Positions 46,834 through 49,760 of a stretch of DNA of 49,760 nt are shown in pieces. Positions within the stretch are counted from its first letter, which is position 1; every line of letters begins with the position of its first letter. Origin of the DNA: Nemertoderma westbladi (Eukaryota; Animalia; Xenacoelomorpha); assembly GCA_032718475.1 (NCBI GenBank), contig JAUCBJ010002072.1:1-49760 (forward strand), given 5' to 3'. Made by a program: the position numbers and the translations under genes. The notes below the pieces were generated by a model. The model had not been told where the DNA came from, did no database searches, and saw nothing but the letters and a program-made list of their open reading frames with translations.

Positions 46834-47950
46834 AAAATAAATAATAAATAATAAAATAATAAAATAAGAAGTGAGATAGTAGAAAGTTAGAAAGTAATAG
46901 TAGGGATAGTTAGATAGTAAGTAGTAGTTAGAAAGTTAGTAGAAGTTAGTAAGAGTTAGAAAGTTAGTAGGAGTTAGTATATAACATACCAGATAAGGGA
47001 GTAGGAGGAGTACAGTAGTACCGTTAGAGTTAGAAGTAGGCAGAAATTAGGGAGTGTGGTATATAAACATACCACGGGAGTAGGAGGGTACATAGTACCG
47101 TTAGAGTTAGAAGTAGGCAGAAGATAGGGAGTGTGGTATATTGACATACCACGAGTAGTAGCAGGGTACATAGTACTGGAGTAGCAGGGTACATGAGTAC
47201 CAAGAGAGTTAGAGGTTGTGGGCACCAAAAGCGCCACGTAGAAAGAGAGGGAGTATGGTATGTAGATATACCATAGAAGTAGTAGCAGAGGGGTTGTGGG
47301 CACCGAAAGCGCCACGTAGAAAGAGAGTAGAGGGTATGGTATGTAGGTATACCATAGAGGTAGTAGCAGAGGGGTTGTGGGCACCAAAAGCGCCACGTAG
47401 TAGAGAGAGTGAAGGGTGTGGTATGTAGGTATTAGGTAGTAGCATTATGTAGGTAGTAGCAGTATTAGGGTACATAGTACCGTTAGAGTTAATAGAGTTA
47501 GTAGTAAGAGAGTTACATAGTAAGTAGAAGGGTAAGAAGTAAGTAGCAAGGTAGATAGGATGATAGCACAGACAGGGGTAAGACGAAGGAAAATTGGCAC
47601 TTTGGGAGTGGTAGAGAACACAGGACATTGTGGAGCAGTGGGCATGGGCCAGCTCATGGGCCTTGTCTGCCACAAGCCGATGGACTGGGGCAAGTTCTGG
47701 GGGGAGCACGGAGCGGGCACGGGACATTGCGAAGCAGTGGCGATGGGGCCAGCTCATGAGGCTTGTCTTCCACAAGCCGATGGACTGGGGTAAGTTCCGA
47801 GGGGAGTATGAGAGGAGTACGAGGGAAGTATGGAGAGGAGGTGTTGGCGTGTGAGGAAGTGAGAGGAGTGCGATTCAAGTGTGGGGAGCGAGCAGGGAGA
47901 GAGGAAGAGTAAGGGAGAGAGAGGTCGAGAGTAAGATTAGGAGTGAGAGT
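46834..47950 (+). repeat. Purine-rich 3' region of A with hairpin-bearing tandem repeats
   Basis: 2 x GTGGTAT..ATACCAC; 3 x ~80 bp at 47212-47430; 2 x ~100 bp at 47634-47800. Confidence 0.85.
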
Positions 47951-48192
47951 TTTTGAAAATTATGTGAAGAGTCCACAATTGTCTCGAACAGAGACGTCAG
48001 ATATCTTGGTGCAACATAGGTTGCGATTGCACCAAGAAGGGGTAGCAACATCATACCCAGGGGGGGGGGGGGGGGGCCTGGAAAGCCGACCCCGAGAAAA
48101 GAAATCCACCCCACACCCGATTGTAGATCGGGTTCCAGTGGAATTGAAGCGCACTTGTAGTTGCTTCTCTCTTCTCACCGGGAAGATAGCAT

Positions 48193-48200
48193 GGGGGGAG
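48193..48200 (+). promoter_or_regulatory. Polypurine tract of element A
   Basis: GGGGGGAG abuts the TG of the 3' LTR. Confidence 0.8.
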
Positions 48201-48854
48201 TGTAAGTGGATTCAATTCCGCCTCATTACCTACCAGAAAATGGGATGGTGGCATTTTCAGCAATATGTTGGAGATACGAGATTAGCAATATTAATCTCGT
48301 ATCACAACCAACATATGGGGGGGGGGGAGCAACACAAGCCCCGAAGCCACACACAAAGGAAGGTTAGAGGTCAAACCACCTCGGAGGGGACACAGCTAGC
48401 AGAGGCTAGCAGCAGAGGGGAAACACTCCCAGAGAGTGAAAGGGCGACAAGTAGGGTATTAGCCAATAAGGGCAAAGGAGAGCATCCATTAGGTAACAGG
48501 CCAAGGTAGCGTAGGAGTGAAGTAATATTGGTATATCAATCATATATTATCTCCTGCTACCGGTTTGTGATTCAGTTTAGTTAGTTACCCAGTTTCAGTG
48601 CAGACGGGTAATATTGTTTTACCGTCACCGTCATCGACATTGGCTGTATATTAATCTATTACCGGTACCAAGCAATATTGTCATCCACCATCATATTAAC
48701 TGTGCTATTATTATTATATTACAACGGCAAGGAACAACATTAACTCTGAACGCTTTTCTCCAACGGCCTCGGCCAAGCTATCAGTGACACCATCCCAGCC
48801 TGCGGTGACGCGTACAAGACAACCTACCCGGTCGGGATCTCTGATCCCGTCACA
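48201..48854 (+). repeat. 3' LTR of element A
   Basis: TGTAAG...GTCACA followed by TSD TGAAG. Confidence 0.92.
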
Positions 48855-49038
48855 TGAAGGCAAGTAATATTAAAAATGTGGTTACGTGATCGAGTGACGT
48901 AAACTGGCTTTATGGTTTAATGTAATAAGTTTTGTAATTATGTAATATGATAATATAAATTATGTAATATGTTTTATGGTAAAACTGGTTTTCTGATTAC
49001 AGTGTCTGATCGGATTTATTTAAGAGGGATAACGTGAA

Positions 49039-49270
49039 GGCCACGTTCACACTACCGAGTCAAAGTCAAAGTAAAAGTTAAAGTCAAATTAAAAGTCAAA
49101 TTAAAATAAACGTAGCTGCTAGCTATAATAAATAATAATACATTATTTAGGCCTAATATAATACATAAGGGCGTTCTAGAAAAAAATAAATTTCTTGTGT
49201 TTATTTTTAACATTTTGTCTTTTGACTTTGAATTTGACTTTGACTTTGACTCGGTAGTGTCAACGCGGCC
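49039..49270. mobile_element. MITE with Harbinger-like terminal inverted repeats
   Basis: GGCCACGTTCACACTACCGAGTCAAAGTCAAAG versus reverse complement GGCCGCGTTGACACTACCGAGTCAAAGTCAAAG; subterminal AAAGTC repeats; no clear TSD. Confidence 0.75.
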
Positions 49271-49466
49271 AGGCAATTACAGCAATATCACCAATTAAGC
49301 AATACCAGCAATTAAGCAATACCAGACTCGATTTGGTTCTTGAAATTTTAAGTTAACAAATAATTGACATTTCATACTATACTCGGCTGGTCTACAACCA
49401 GCAGGTAAATAATGTGTTGCACTCTGCATTCAATAAATTGTTTAATGTTTATTTGGCCATCATACA

Positions 49467-49670
49467 CCATGTCCCAATACAACACCCATTTTTAGGGGTC
49501 GGGGCTTGTCGTATGGAAATAACTGAGAAATTGAAAAATCCGGCCAGGCCACCAATAAGAAAATGTGTCGATCTATCATCATACCAATTTTCATACAATT
49601 TTATAGAAATTTGAAAAAAATTAGGGGGGTCTCCGTCCCCCTAAAAATGGTTGTTGTGTTAAGGGAAATG
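49467..49670. mobile_element. Degenerate MITE-like element, possibly piggyBac-type
   Basis: ACAACACCCATTTTTAGGGG at 49479 inverted with CCCCTAAAAATGGTTGTTGT at 49637-49656; TTAA only on the right flank. Confidence 0.45.
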
Positions 49671-49760
49671 GTTAATACAGTAAGACGAAGGGTTATGATT
49701 GATTGCCATGAGCCATGTTTAATAATGTCTTATCATGAGTTGTGTATTTATTATAATTTA

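Noticed and set aside
46100-48509. Numerous short ORFs on both strands in the 3' part of A
   Set aside because: Arise from compositional bias and repeats; no conserved motifs

Overview
Eukaryotic (probably invertebrate) DNA that is almost entirely one nest of retrotransposons, four levels deep. Most boundaries are fixed by target-site duplications (TSDs). Element A (2190-48854, TSD TGAAG) is a BEL/Pao-type LTR element with only decayed gag and protease. Element B (3835-42257, TSD AGGGC) sits inside A and is a very large BEL/Pao element, about 18.6 kb without its inserts. B carries (i) two tandem copies of a GalEa-like Ty1/Copia element separated by a triplicated 374-bp piece of B, the second copy holding a truncated RTE-X-like LINE, and (ii) a truncated L2/Crack-like LINE holding a young, internally deleted BEL/Pao element D. 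The most unusual system is B: about 2-kb LTRs with a tRNA-like Pol III module and many hairpins, no recognisable PBS, mosaic divergence between its LTRs, a 20-nt hairpin motif (GGAAGGCTYGCGAGCCTACC) scattered about 12 times in one orientation, and a decayed ~3.1-kb extra gene after pol with a strong splice acceptor, three CCHC knuckles and a possible 3'-5' exonuclease-like segment. The flanks hold a palindromic minisatellite and two MITE-like elements. All family calls come from motif recognition by eye; no searches were run.
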